A DNA stretch of 64,000 nt from Podarcis filfolensis. Taxonomy: Eukaryota. The notes beneath the pieces were generated by a model. That model was not told where the DNA came from, searched no databases, and saw only the letters and a list, made by a program, of their open reading frames with translations. Below, piece by piece: positions 1-12,450 of this stretch. The position numbers were made by a program, and so were the translations under genes. How positions within the stretch are numbered: position 1 is the first letter of the stretch; each line of letters opens with the position of its first letter. The stretch is taken from the NCBI GenBank assembly GCA_964270895.1, contig OZ185435.1; one strand, written 5' to 3'.

Positions 1-242
1 GGGTAAGCAAGAGAGGTCAGGTGACCATTTGCTATCATGCAGCCAAGTTGGGTTGTGGTGGTGGTTTTTTGTTGGCACTAATTTGCAATATTTTATTTTT
101 TTTAAGTAATAATATCAACTGTGGATTAAAGCCACGTATGGGTGGAAGAAACTGGTTTGTTCAAGGACTTGTGCAAATTATCTTTTCAATTTAGTCCCAC
201 ATATGCAGCGACCAAGGACATAGGTTTGGTACCTTACATCAC

Positions 243-335
243 AATCCTATGTAATCCTATACCTACTTACCTGGGAGTAAGTCCCATTGCTGTGAATCCA
301 GTTGAACTTACTTTTAAATAGACATGAACAGTATT
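243..335. mobile_element. Degraded palindromic MITE (PIF/Harbinger-type family, CAATCCTAT...AGTAAGTCCCATTG)
   Basis: Shares the aatcctat-acttacctgggagtaagtcccatt motif with copies near 37.1, 40.9, 54.9, 61.2-61.9 and 63.4 kb; boundaries approximate. Confidence 0.5.
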
Positions 336-892
336 TCACTATTTATCACCCTCAATGCTAAGTAACTACCTCTTGCTCAGGCACTTTCTCGTTGTATTAA
401 AGGTGAATCTTACAAAACCAATCATAATGTACAAACCACAACAAGCTGACTGTTGTGTTATCCATCACCCACTAATCTGAACTGCAATGAATGTTAACAT
501 TTAAATAGCACTTTTGAGTGTTCAAAGCTTTTCCTATACACTGTGATCCTTCAAACAATGCTATAAACTGGCCCGGTATTGTTATCTCTATACCGCAAAC
601 AGGAAAGGGGAGGGATGAAGCTGAGGTGGCATTTTTAATGCCAGCTGTGTCCCTCATGACAGATTTGAGCCAGAGACTTCCGACTTCACATTCTTAGCCA
701 CAACGCAGCCCTGGCCTCCACCATTTGTCAAACTATAAAAGCACAAGTCGTATCAATCAGGGTGGGGTAGACAGCATCCACTTCCTCAACCAAGGGAGAA
801 TGTGATATTGGCATAAACTATCAACTAATCTGGGTTACATTTGTCCATAAATTGGAGTATTAGACCAGCAGCAGTGGAACATTACAGGTTTA

Positions 893-1075
893 GGCCACAT
901 CTGCACTATATATTTAAAGCATAATATTAAAAGGCATGGCTTCCCCCCAAAGAATCCTGGGAACTGAAGTTTGTTAAGGGTGTCGGGTGTCAAAACTATA
1001 TCTCCCTGGACTCTTTGGATTCATGAATCTTTAAAGTGATATGATCCCACCTTAAATGTGCAGTGAGATGGGCCC
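893..1075. mobile_element. PIF/Harbinger-type MITE
   Basis: Imperfect terminal inverted repeats (TIRs) GGCCACATCTGCACT / GTGCAGTGAGATGGGCCC flanked by a TTA duplication (890-892 and 1076-1078); related copy at about 46355-46500. Confidence 0.75.
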
Positions 1076-3017
1076 TTAGTCAATTCTGTGTTGATCACAG
1101 AAGCATTTTCCAGGTTATCCCACTAGAAAGACCATAGCTGAAAAACAGAATGCATGGTTTGCATGCCTATTGGGTCTCAGATTCAAATGCTGGCACTTCC
1201 AGTTTTTTGTTGTTATTTTTTTAAAGACCTAATAGCAGGTGAAAGCAAATATTTCCGGCAGAAAGCCAGATTAGGCAATACTGGGCTAAATGGGGGCAGA
1301 TTGCATATCCTGGCATTAGTTAGCATCCTACATTATGGGGGTGGGAGGGAATGTACACCCCAAAACAAGGACCATATAATAAATAGCTTTTAAGAGTCAA
1401 ACTTTTGAAATGCAATCATAATATTTGAGGCTGCAAGATTCCTTGTGGACTAGAATCCCATTACTTTAAGAAGCAGAACACTATTGCACCTGCCAGAGCT
1501 AGCCTTCCTCTGAACCATTTATTGTGATTAAGCGAGTGGAGACTGGCTGCATGCCTTTTAAAAGTACTGCTGTGGCGATTCCCTGCAATGAACCCGGCTC
1601 ACAGTAGTGAGCAACAGCTGCAACTGTATCATTCAGCCTGGCCCGTGGCCCAAACTGAGCCTCCCAGCAAGCTTTGCTTTTCATCGTCTGCCTTGAACGT
1701 ATCTCTAATCAGTCTCTAAACTGTCAAAGAGGAAAAGTTTACATAATTTAAGATTGCTTTAATAACTGTAAATATGGTGCATGGACTTTTGAGGCCACAG
1801 TACAGTCCTGTAAAGGTTGTGTGTCAAGCAGACGCTAGACTGGCCAGCCCTAGTTATATGCCACTGGAGGAAAACAAGAAGAGATCCTTTTCAGAAAGTG
1901 ACTAAAAGCTGCAGAGCAGCACAGCAGCAACCACACTAATTAAACAGAGGGGGGTACCAGCTGCAAGTGCAGAGAATCTTTGGCTTGCACAGTAACAACG
2001 CTGGAGAGCATCCATTTTGGAAAGAAATGAGCGGCGAGGGATCAGAAGCCAAAGTGAAGTTCAGCCGGGTCTAACGTAAGTTTCTGCTATCCCTGCTAGT
2101 TCTCATTAACACAGAAAAGGCATTAGAAAAGAGCAAAACTCTTCTGACTCTTTGTCTCCCTCCTGGTTTGGTTCACAGCGTTGATGGATTTCTTTTCAAA
2201 CAGGAATGAGGAAAAATCACACATTTTGCAGTTCTGTGCCGCAACTTGCCAAGAAGGTTGCTGGGAATGAGAGAGACGTGGGGATCCGATATTCATAAAA
2301 CAGTACTTACATTGTGCTCACACAATGTATATAGATTAGCTAATGTAATTATTGTTGTAAGGAGATTTGAATCTCCACACAAACGGAGGCTTACGCAGGC
2401 AGGATAACATTGCCAACAGCTCCCAATGATGAACGAACCAAGGTTTTGCTTCTAAGAGCAAGTTACGCATCTAGGCAACGTGTACACATCACCTTGGATT
2501 CAGTCGAAAAATTAAGATGCAACCCCAGTTATAACTTTCACATGAGGTACTTTGATGCAAATAACATCATGGCGTCTCGGGCGGTCAATGGCTACTAGCC
2601 ATAATGGCTATGTTTATTTACTGTAAATCTGAGCCATAGGTAGCTGAGCACACAGGAAGCAGTATGTCCAGGCAGGGAGTGGAGTAACAGAGGCATATGC
2701 ATTGCAGGTCAAAGCCTGAGTGAAGAAAACCAATTGATGGGGAGTGGAATGATCGCCCAGGAAAGCTGACTAGTGAGAAGAACAGGCAGTTTGATAAGCC
2801 GAGGCACACAGAGCAAGAGAGAGGATTGTTTCAGTGGTAGAGCAGGGCCCTGGTTCAATCCCAAACAACTCAGCAGGGACTGCATCACATTTATTCTTTC
2901 CAGCACCGAATAAAATGTTGGTGTCCAATAATTCTTAAACGCTAACAGCACAAGATGTTTTTAGTTGGTGGCTTTTATTAATTTTATTGGAGCTTTTCTG
3001 TATGTTCCAAGTGATTC

Positions 3018-3130
3018 TGGAACTTGTGGCCTTCCAGATGTTGTTACACTCTAACCCCTAACAACCCCATTTGTCGGATATGATGGGAGTTGTAGTCTAA
3101 TAGCATCTAAAGGGCTGAAGGTTTCTGATC
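3018..3130. mobile_element. Short hAT-type MITE (GGCCCTCCAGATGTT...ACTACAACTCCCATC family), degraded
   Basis: Hairpin-like element tgtggccttccagatgttg...gatgggagttgtagtc...catctaaagggc; many relatives across the window. Confidence 0.6.
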
Positions 3131-3769
3131 TCTTTACTAGACCCTGCTAAGCTGCTGCCAGACAGAAAAGACAGCACCAGACCACATGGGCCATTTGTCT
3201 GGCTCAATATAAGGCAGCCCCTTATGCTATATTAAGTTATCAGAGACCCTGTGGGGTAGGCAGAGGGAAATGGAAGATGAGAATCTCAAAACGTTAGACT
3301 TTCTTAGTGAACAGTATTAAAGCCAGACCTTTATTTATTTCTAGCAGTTGTAATAGTTTTCTGCCAAAAAGCACCAAAAGCATACTATGACACCATCATA
3401 AACTATAATGCTACAGAAACGCAGAAACACAAACCCATATAAATAATACTAGAAATGTTAGGAAAGAATAATACTGGAAGTACAATACAGCAGAGGCAAA
3501 CATCAGTAATTGAAAACCTGCTAAAATAGAGGCACATTTTCTAATTTTCTTAAATTTAAAGTGGCTCCTCTTAGGAGGGGCTCCTTAGGAACAGGAAGCA
3601 ACTACTGTTCCTTCAATAAGCCCTATGAAGCAACACCACCACCACCACCCCGATCTTCATTAAGGAGGTGGGAGGGTTCCAATGAAAAAAGGAGGTCCCA
3701 AAGGGTTAAAAAAAAGTTATTCCATTGGCCCCTGAAGGGGGGCCTAGTACCAAAGTAAGATACAAGACA

Positions 3770-3954
3770 ATCAGGGACATGTCTCCATTAGTTAAAAATG
3801 CATACAAAAATATGTTTATTAGGAGGAATGCACATTAAAATGCTGACAAATTTTCATGAGGGTTTAAAAAAATGTGGAAATGTTGAGGACTGAATTTAAT
3901 ACTAGGAAAATGAGAACTTTAGAGAACTGAAATTGACATTTTTTTCCATCCCTA
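3770..3954. mobile_element. Non-autonomous DNA transposon fragment ending in CATCCCTA (TAGGGATG-TIR, hAT-like)
   Basis: aaaatgcatacaaaaat...aaattttcatgag...catcccta matches the interior of the copy starting TAGGGATG at 63396. Confidence 0.5.
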
Positions 3955-4781
3955 CGCTGAGCAAAAATTGGTCATAGATCACCTCCACACCTTATACTGA
4001 GAGTGGAAGACAATACGGCAACTGTGCAGCCACTGAAGAACTAGAATACTCTACTAAGAGCCTGCTGCTCAAGTTATCCTTGGATCTTAGGCTACGCCAG
4101 AGAATAAAATATAAGAAAATACAAATTAACTCTAACTACACTGAGGGTACACAAGATGGATAATCTTAATGGTTATTTCCCCTCCCACAACAATAACAAA
4201 TAACTGGATAACACATAAGCTCGCTCATATTCAGCAAGCACAATTATATTTCTGCAAGGAAATTCAATCTTTTCTCTCTAGTTATTTTATTATTCATATA
4301 AACCATACTGCAACCAATTTAGCCCAGAGTTCTGGAACTCTCCCAGATTAGCTGGAACCATGCTGCACATGTTAAAGGGAAGGAGGAGTGGGGAGGAAGA
4401 AGGCGAACCACCATCTGAAACTCATTAATCAATTAGAATTTTTAAGGGCTTACATCAAAATGTGATCTATTCTGATAAAGTAAACTCCAGTTCACAAGCA
4501 GCCTTTGTCCTTTGTGTTATGAATACATTTGATACAAAGTGCATGGGGTGCTTAAAGCACAGTGGGACAGGAACCTGGCACATGGCTGCACACTGAGGCT
4601 TAATACTTATGTAAGTCTTGTGGGTTGGAAGCCAACACCAAAAGAAATTAGCAAATATATTTATCTTTTTGCAGCTGGTCATTAAAAGCCTGAGAACTTC
4701 CAAATTCATTTTTCTTCAGTAGTTTTACCAAGATCAGCGTAGAACTGTTTGAGAGTAAGGGAGTCAGTGCGGATCAGGATA

Positions 4782-5015
4782 CAGTTATGTTTGCTTCAGG
4801 TTGAGCATTTTCAGGTTGTGTCCTGTGGCAACCGGGAAGTACCGGAAAGAGTTACTTCCTGGTTTCGCCGCTCACGCATGCTCAGACGCGCAAAATGACA
4901 TCATGCGCATGCGCAGAAGTGGCAAATCACGACCCATGCAGACGCAGGTTGCGTTCCTTTCAGGTTGCTAACGGGCCTCCGGAATGGATCCAGTTTGCAA
5001 CCACAGGTACCACTG
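4782..5015. mobile_element. Tc1/mariner-type MITE
   Basis: Right end aggtaccactg followed by TA; left end TA-cagttatg (partly deleted TIR); same TIR family as 13378-13619. Confidence 0.7.
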
Positions 5016-5049
5016 TATTTGATTGTCTCTCCTGGTAGGAAGGTCTAGC

Positions 5050-5915
5050 ACATGTATGAAAATGATGTATCGATGGTATTTAATGCTGGTAAAATTAGCA
5101 AAAATGTATAGAACTGCTTCAAATGTTTCTTGGAAATGTAAGGAGAAGGAAGGCATGTTCTACCACATGTGGTGGACGTGCAAGATAACAAAAGCATTCT
5201 GAGAAATGATTTATAATGAGTTGGAAACATGTTTAAACTAATGTTTGTAAAAAAAAAAAGAGGCTTTTTATTAGGAATTTTAGGTGCAGAGATACCAAAG
5301 AAGCAGAAATAATTATTTATGTATGCAACAACAGCAGTGTGGATATTACTGGCCCAGGGATGGAAAGAAGACAACGTCCTGACCAGAGATAAATGGCTGA
5401 TGAAGATGATGGACTATGCCGAAATGGCGAAACAGACCGGGAAAGTCAGAAACCAGAAAGAGAAGAACTTCGAGAAGGAATGGGGGGGGAATTATAATAT
5501 ATTTAAGAGAACACTGTAAACAACTAAAAACTTTGGCAGGATTTGAGTAATGCTTGTAATGTATTAAAAACTATGGTTAAAATGGACTGTTTAAAAAAAA
5601 TAGAGAGAGAAAAAATAAGAGAAGCAGTTGGGAAAAGATTGACAATGGTAACCATGGAAGGACGGAGGGGAGTTGAAGGATTCAGGGAATCCTAAATCAG
5701 GCTTCCTCAACCTCGGCCCTCCAGCTGTTTTTGGCCTACAACTCCCATGATCCCTAGCTAGCAGGACCAGTGGTCAGGGATGATGGGAATTGTAGTCTCA
5801 AAACAGCTGGAGGGCCGAGGTTGTGGAAGCCTGTTCTAAATAATTATGTTCATGTTTAATGTTTGAATTTTAATTTGCAATGCAAAACTTAACAAAAAAG
5901 ATTTGACAAAAAAAG
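5050..5915 (+). mobile_element. Degraded 5'-truncated L1 (ORF2 C-terminus plus 3' UTR)
   Basis: Frameshifted translation KMMYRWYL...[17 protein letters not shown]...MYATTA...LMKMMDYAEMA parallels the intact L1 ORF2 C-terminus at 26077-26568. Confidence 0.85.
5698..5833. mobile_element. hAT-type MITE nested in the L1 3' UTR
   Basis: TIR CAGGCTTCCTCAACCTCGGCCCTCCAGCTG / CAGCTGGAGGGCCGAGGTTGTGGAAGCCTG; 8-bp TSD TCCTAAAT / TTCTAAAT. Confidence 0.85.
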
Positions 5916-6536
5916 GAAGGTTTTGCACATGGAATGGAGATGTTAACTTGGACAATCTGAGTCTGTTCAGTCTTGGGAATGCTTTTTTAAATTTTTTAAT
6001 GAACTGCAACGAAATACAGTTTGCATTCTGCAAGCACAGGTATATTTCTCTCTGCCTCGGGTGATTCCTCTGTTTCCCAAGATCCAAGGATTGTCAAACA
6101 GTGTGAAATGCCACACGTCTAACATCCAGTTCTGCATTTCTGACTGCTATAGTGGATATTGAACTATACAGATACTGGAACGACAACGGCAACATTGAAC
6201 CTATGAGTCTGCACTCTGGATCCTGCAGTTCATTTGTTCAGACCACATGTTTTAATTGCACCTTGGCACACTGCACTCAACAAAACCAAGGACTTCAGCC
6301 TGGCACAAATATTCAGTTACCTATTTAGAAAAAGGGAAACCTCCATGCTCAAGCTGCCCCCTCCCTATCTGCCGCCAGGCTCTGATCCAGAAGGCGCCAT
6401 CTGGGTCAACCCAGGGACCAGCTGCCCCACCACAAATCCAGCCCCAAATGAGTTAAACATATGCTTGGGAGGGGAAAGATGCTGCTGCAACTCCTTCTCC
6501 TTCCCTCCCGATCAAGGATGGGGGTTAGGTTGTGCA

Positions 6537-6847
6537 GGATGCTCAGTGTGGTGTAGTGGTTAAGAGTGGTAGATTTGTAATCTGGGGAACCGGGTTCGTG
6601 TCTCCGCTCCTCCACATGCAGCTGCTGGGTGACCTTGGGCTAGTCACACTTCTCTAAAGTCTCTCAGCCCCACTCACCTCTCAGAGTGTTTGTTGTGGGG
6701 GAGGAAGGGAAAGGAGAATTTTAGCTGCTTTGAGATTCCTTCGGGTAGTGATAAAGCGGGATATCAAATCCAAACTCCTCCTCCTCCTCTTCCTCTTCTT
6801 CTTCTTCTTCTTCTTCTTCTTCTTCTTCTTCTTCCTCCTCCTCCTCC
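6537..6847 (+). mobile_element. tRNA-derived SINE (MIR/CORE-like) with (TTC)n tail
   Basis: A box TGGTGTAGTGG, B-box-like GGTTCGTGTCTCC, body gggtgaccttgggctagtcac, long TTC/TCC microsatellite tail (about 6776-6847). Confidence 0.8.
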
Positions 6848-7023
6848 TTTGCAAGCTTGCTGTTGTGAAGAGGAATTGATCGTTCAGGATGCTGCTTCAC
6901 AAGTGGCTTGCATCCTGGGAAACACCATGCAGGACCAATTGCAGGACCATGCAACAGTTGTTGCAGAGTGGAGGCATAGATCCTGCAGAGTGCTGCTTCT
7001 GAGGCAGCTCCTTTGCAGGGAAG

Positions 7024-7273
7024 CAGGGGCGTCTTACCCATAGAGGCTAGTGGCGCGGGCGCCAAGTTCTGGAGGGCGCCAAGGAAGAGGAAAGGCTGGA
7101 CGCGGCGCCTCCTGGCAACAGCTTGCTGCCCTCTGCCATGCCGCGCCGCGCCCAGAGCCTCCTCCTTGCTGGAGGACCCACCCTCCAGCCTGCGCACTGG
7201 GAGGGAAATGTGGGTGGTGGGGCGCTGGAGGGATTTTTGCACCATGGCACCAGATACCCTTAAGACGGCCCTG
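7024..7273. mobile_element. hAT-type MITE, 250 bp
   Basis: TIR CAGGGGCGTCTTA / TAAGACGGCCCTG; perfect 8-bp TSD CAGGGAAG (7016-7023, 7274-7281). Confidence 0.9.
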
Positions 7274-7598
7274 CAGGGAAGGCACCAACAAAGAAGAGCC
7301 CTGCACCATGCAGGATCACAACAGGTGTTGAGTGGAGGTATTGATCCTGCGGGGCATCAGGCAGAAAGGAGAGTCAAGCTGCATTGGGCTCCTCCCATCT
7401 CCCAGGAATACCCAGGCAGCAGTCAGCTAGGTCTTGGCCTTTCATAGCACTCCTGATGCATTCCTCTCCTGCTTGCCTGATACCCCATCCCTGGACAGCC
7501 CCAGTTCCCTCTGCGTCCTCCAACCCAATCTGCAGAAATTGGTGGCTGTCTCAACCAGACCTCATCCAAGGCCTGAATCTAATTCAGTAGGCTCAATC

Positions 7599-8244
7599 TG
7601 TGGGAATGTTGAGGAAAGTAGGAGAGGATATATTGATTAAACACTATCCCTCCTCACTCACGCTAGTGAGCAAGCAGCAAGAGCACATTCCCTTGCAGAT
7701 TGCTGGAAGCAAGTTGATGGATTTGTTAGAATCATTTAAGCTAAGCAATCCAGTCTGGCTTGTTCCTGGTAAGTTTCCCCTTTTATTTCCCTCTTAAAAT
7801 AATAATAGCACGATAGTCTTGTTTAAAAGTAAGAGTAAAGTTTACTTGCATTCAGTTCACAGGAGTAGTATTCTGAAGGCAGGCTTTTTTTCTTGTGGTT
7901 ACAGTTACATTTGCAGAGAAAAGAAGTTTGAGCTACGCTTCAGACTTTCTACCTTGTGACTTCCATCCTCTGTAAGGATGAGCCATGTGCTAAGAGCCAG
8001 AAGAGAGGAAGATGGTAAAAGAGCAAAAGAGTCCAAAAAAAGAGGAAGATGGCTGCATGGCTAGCCCTTTTGTAGGGTCTGCTAGGGTCACACCCATCTA
8101 CCTGGTCACACACAGGGGGGGGGGAGGCTCCAGAGCAAGTATGAGAGGAAGCCCTCCCTGTCTGGAGCCACATCCCCCTGTGTGTCCACTCTAGGCAACA
8201 GGAAAATGTTGTGCTTGACTGCTTCAGTGATAATACATCCCACA
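7599..8244 (-). mobile_element. Solo LTR, 646 bp
   Basis: TG...CA ends with inverted termini TGTGGGA / TCCCACA; perfect 5-bp TSD CAATC (7594-7598, 8245-8249); AATAAA on the minus strand at 7782-7787 suggests minus orientation (tentative). Confidence 0.8.
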
Positions 8245-8499
8245 CAATCTGACTCAGGAATTAGGTTCCTGCTGAACCCAGAGCACAACACTACTGTTTG
8301 GTTTCAAGTTAGCTTCAAATCACATCTTTGCATTCAAAGATTTAACCTGCACCTTTCATAACATTTGAAGCAACCTGACAAGGCAGTGATGATGTGATGA
8401 TCACATGGTCAGGCTGTCCTAGTTGACTCCTACAATTTCTGGGTCTCTTCTACTGCTACTGGGTCTACTTCTAATGCACAGAGCCATTTACCGGCATCT

Positions 8500-8930
8500 T
8501 ATTCCCATGCTACTCAGATCATGTGAGAACATAAGAGCAGCCTTAGTCCCAGCAGCCAGCCAGATACCTCTGGGAAGCACAGAACCAGGTAACACCTCTA
8601 TTTTGTTATTTCACTGTTGCAACTGGAGTTCAATGAATTCCACTTCGGAACTTGCAAATACCCCTCACAGCTAGATCAACCATTTTATTTTCCTACATAA
8701 ATTTGTCTGATCCTCTTCTCTAACTTGAAAGGGGTATCTACATCTTGTCGTAGAGAAGGTCATAGTTTAATGGTATGATGTATGGAATATTTAATTTCCC
8801 CAGTCCTGTCAGTTTCACTGGATTACTTTCAATTCTAGTATTATAAAAGGGGGAGACTATGTCTCACCATGCATAATTTTATAAATCTATCCTGTTCCTT
8901 CTTGGCCAACTTGGCCCTTCTAAACTTTAA
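8500..8930 (-). mobile_element. Old CR1-like LINE 3' fragment
   Basis: cagatacctctgggaagc... and ctcaccatgcataattttataaatctatc resemble the CR1 3' pieces at 21.2, 40.7 and 55.2 kb; highly diverged. Confidence 0.4.
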
Positions 8931-9119
8931 AAGTCAACCATTGCAGGGAAGCTGTGCTGAACTCCTTTCCAGTTTTATTGCCTTTTTTTAGACACCATTT
9001 TTTGTGATATCGCAACCAGAAGCCCTGGGTCACTACAGAAACATGGTTGCCATATTACCAGACTTGGCAACGCCATTGGTAGAGGTGATGGTGGCTCAGG
9101 TAGAAGCTACAGCAGGAGT

Positions 9120-9338
9120 TTATTGTTATAGTTAATACATTTCTCTCCCATCTTTCTTCCAAGGGGCACATGGTTCTTCCCCTGCTCTGCATTTTATCCC
9201 CACAACAACCCTGAGAGGTAGGTTAAACTGAGAGGCAGCGACTGACCCAAGGTCACTTCAGCAAGCTTGATAGCCAAGTGGTGATTTGAACCCTGGACTT
9301 TCAAGTTCCTAGTCCAGCACTCTAACCACTACACCACA
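9120..9338 (-). mobile_element. tRNA-derived SINE (MIR-like)
   Basis: Reverse complement starts tgtggtgtagtggttagagtgctggactagg...gggttcaaatcacc (A and B boxes) followed by gtgaccttgggtcagtc...ctacctctcagggttgttgtgggg. Confidence 0.75.
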
Positions 9339-9523
9339 AATGAGTCTCATGAGCTGCTCCCATGTGGCCCAGAACTACAGTGGAATAGGAGAGAAAGATT
9401 GCCATGGACTGGTTGGCCACAGAGGAATGGTGGGAGGAACCAGCTGGGGAACTAACAGGGAAGAAGGCTCAGAACCCAGGGATTGGTGGAGGAAGGAGAG
9501 GATGTGTAGCTCATTGTGGGAGG

Positions 9524-9850
9524 GATCACAGCTCTGTAGTGGAGCTTTTGCTTTGCCTGCAGAAGGTCCCTGGTAACAGTTCAATCCCCAGCACCTCCAG
9601 GCATGGGCATAGCCAGGGGGGTGCAGGGGGCAGCTGCCCCCCTAAAGCAAGTAAATAAATAAAAATACTTAAACTGACCAATGGAGTCTCGATAGCTCAG
9701 TCCTCTCTCTCCTCCCCCCCCCAACATAAATCCTGGCTATGCCATGCCTCCAGAGAGGGCTAGGGAAAACTTCTTGCCTAAACCCTGGAGAGCAACTGCC
9801 AATCAGTGCAGGCAATCCAGAGCCTGATGGACGATTGGTCTGACCGCTTT
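9524..9850 (+). mobile_element. Short tRNA-derived SINE (Squam3-like), interrupted by a MITE
   Basis: Head cagctctgtagtggagc...gcagaaggtccc...ttcaatccccagcacctccag resumes after 9746 with agggctaggg...ccctggagagc...ctgccaatcagt...gatggac. Confidence 0.7.
9602..9746. mobile_element. hAT-type MITE, 145 bp
   Basis: TIR CATGGGCATAGCCAGG / CCTGGCTATGCCATG; TSD CCTCCAGG / CCTCCAGA. Confidence 0.8.
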
Positions 9851-10019
9851 CCGGTGTTCTTAAGCCTTCTCCATTACTCTGCAGCATGTTCTAGAGGTGA
9901 ACCCTGCCATGAAAAGAAGTCCTGGGGAGATACTATCCACCAGGAAGCCCACTGCAACTCTAGCATCTGTTTCCATCCCACCATTAACAGCAAACCTGTT
10001 GCTTTTCCTGCCGCTTCCT

Positions 10020-10960
10020 AAGGAGTCTAGATGAGACCGCCTGACCTCCACCCACCCGCCCCGCTCCTCCGATCAGCATTGCGCCTGCAGGGCCCGAAAC
10101 CTCCGCAAGGCAGGCGCGTCTAGTCCCCCCATGCCGCTCTACGGCCCCTCGAAACAGCCTTGCAGGAGGCCAGCGAGCTTCCCATTCAGTCACAGCCCGC
10201 CACAAAGCCCATCACAATTGGCACGCCGTCGGCTCGCCATCACCGTAGCCCTGATCCAAGATTTAATGCGGTTTTTTGGAGAAAGGCTGATAATAATAAT
10301 CATTTTTTAAAAAATCTCCCCCGCTCCCCACTCCTCCTTGCAGTTCATGGGCATGATGGCAAATGCGAAGCTACGCAGAGCTGCGTTAGAAGGTGGGGGA
10401 AACCTGCAATGCGACGGGAAAGGCAGGGAGGAGGAGCGGGGGGGGGCGGTGCAGAGAGAGAGAGAGACAAGCTCCCTGCGTTTCCTATCCAAAGCCAAGG
10501 GAGGCAAAACCCTCCCCGCGGAGTGGGGAAAGCTCTCCTCCCCCGATCCCGTCCCCCGGATCCCCCCGCCCGCTCCGGGAAAGAGCTTCGATCATTTTTC
10601 GAGCGGGTGGGAGGCAGCAGCAGTCTGAAGAAGCCCGGCGGTAACCTGATCCCCTGCAAAACACATCAAGAATAGAGAGCCTGTCTCGCTTGCTTGTCTA
10701 TCTCTCTCCACCGCAGGGGAGTTGGAGGAGGGGTCGGCCGTGGAAGGAGCGGGGAGGGCTGTGCCTTAAAGCGCTGTCCCAGCGGGGCTGGACAGGGTTA
10801 ACCTCCAGATCCGCAGTTAAGCGAGGGAAGCGCTCTGCCCCGCGACCCCGCCCCCGCCAACACTTGCTGCAACGCTCACTGCGGATGTTTCCCGAGAACA
10901 ATGCATTTTTTTAAAAAACAGTAACTATATTTCTTTTTTGCACACAGCGTGATTAACCCT
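10020..10960 (-). promoter_or_regulatory. CpG island A, candidate promoter/first exon (probably GAS2, by synteny only)
   Basis: GC- and CpG-rich non-repeat sequence with GC boxes (ccccgcccccgcc near 10846). Gene identity and strand are inferred from the head-to-head FANCF-GAS2 arrangement in amniotes; no coding exon seen. Confidence 0.5.
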
Positions 10961-11619
10961 GCGGCAGAAGGCGGTAGATTTCCTGTAGATGTTCTGTTTC
11001 ATGAACGATCGTTTCTGCGTTCCTTCATTCGCAGCTATTTATTTTGATTTGCCTGCTACCCGAACCCCAGCGTCCTAGACGTGGTGGGCTATCAGTCTGA
11101 ACGGAACAGCCTCTAATCGGTGCAACAGGGCAGGGTGAAGCGCCCTGCGTAATCCTCCTACACTGCAATCCTACACACACTCACGAGTGGCACTTCGGAG
11201 AAGGCGTGCCTATAATTACGCTGCAGTCCTAGCACACTTACCTATAGCCCTCAATGAGACTTGAGTAGGCTGTCAGGCACTGATTAGTGAATATCCAGGC
11301 TCAAACTGGATATTCCCCCCATACAACCGTATGATGGCCTAGATCCAGGAGGGTGTGCGAAGAGACTCCAGGTGCCTAGTTACTTATCCCTCTTTGGACC
11401 GGCTACAAAAATCTAATTTGCAGAAATCCTTGTATTCCATCCCACCTTGGAGAGAGCTCTTCTTCTGACGATCTTCTAGATCCACCCGCCCCGCCCCCTT
11501 CCTTTCTGCAGATCGCTAAGGAAATCTGAACTTAGCTTCTTTAACAATACTTTTACCGAATGGCGCAATGTTGCAGATATAGGACATACTGTATATACAA
11601 CAATATTTCCCCGCCTCAC

Positions 11620-12450
11620 GCGCATACAGGGCTTAAAGCGAGGGCTTCGCTCTGTACGCGATGAGCCCGCTCATTAAGGGAAAAGACAATGCCAGCATTC
11701 ATTTGGGGGGCGGAGATGGCTTTCTCTTATCTGTATTCAACCCTGACTTTCATGCGCAAAAAGCTCTGCTGCAGAGCGCGAGCAAGCTCCTGAAAGTGGA
11801 AACGACGACGCTCGAAAGAAAGCGGCGCGCACCACGCACCGTTCCCCTCTTTCTCTTTCCTGCCAACTTTGAAACTAAAAATGCGATCGTTCCCAACTCG
11901 CAGAAAAGCAGACTCCCGCTGCACGCTTGTTTGTAAACTTTGGCGAGGCGAGACTAAGCCCGCCGCGTGGGCGAGAGGACGAGAGCGCGTTCCCCTCTTG
12001 CCAAAGTGCCTGGGAAGGTGAGCCGCTTGCTCGCCAACGCCTTGCAAGGCGAGCGAGGTGGACAAACAATAGAAAACCCTGGAGGTGCGGACCTCACAGG
12101 GCTAAAACGGCTCCCTTCTTTTCTTCTGCAGTCTTCTCCTTTAAACTGAACTGCAGCAGTGAAACAAACAACGCGCCGCGCACTTAAACACACGCCCTCC
12201 CCTTGTTTAGATCAGCTGCAAAAAAGGAAAGAAAAAAAAACCCACCCTCGTCAGATGTTTGTTAATGTTTCTCGGCGGCGGCCACCAGAGTTCTTTCCCC
12301 CACCTCCCCGGCTATTTATTAGTAGCCAGCCAGCATTTCACGCCCGCCTCTCTCGCCCTTTGCAAAAAATTCTCACTCACTTTCTGTGCGCGATGCCCCA
12401 AAGCTCTTCTCTTGCAGTCCGTCCTGCTTTCCTCGCCTGAGCAGCCCGGC
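11620..12450 (-). promoter_or_regulatory. CpG island B, candidate second promoter/first exon (probably GAS2, by synteny only)
   Basis: CpG-rich non-repeat block; candidate minus-strand donors CT|GTGAGG (about 12096) and AAA|GTAAGC (about 12597); identity inferred. Confidence 0.45.

Noticed and set aside
6690-7447. Poly-Glu and poly-Leu ORFs and overlapping GC-rich ORFs
   Set aside because: Produced by the (TTC)n SINE tail and the GC-rich hAT MITE
1-10000. GAS2 coding exons
   Set aside because: Scanned by eye for MCTALSP.../MKEDLALWL and found none; probably outside the window, so no GAS2 CDS is called
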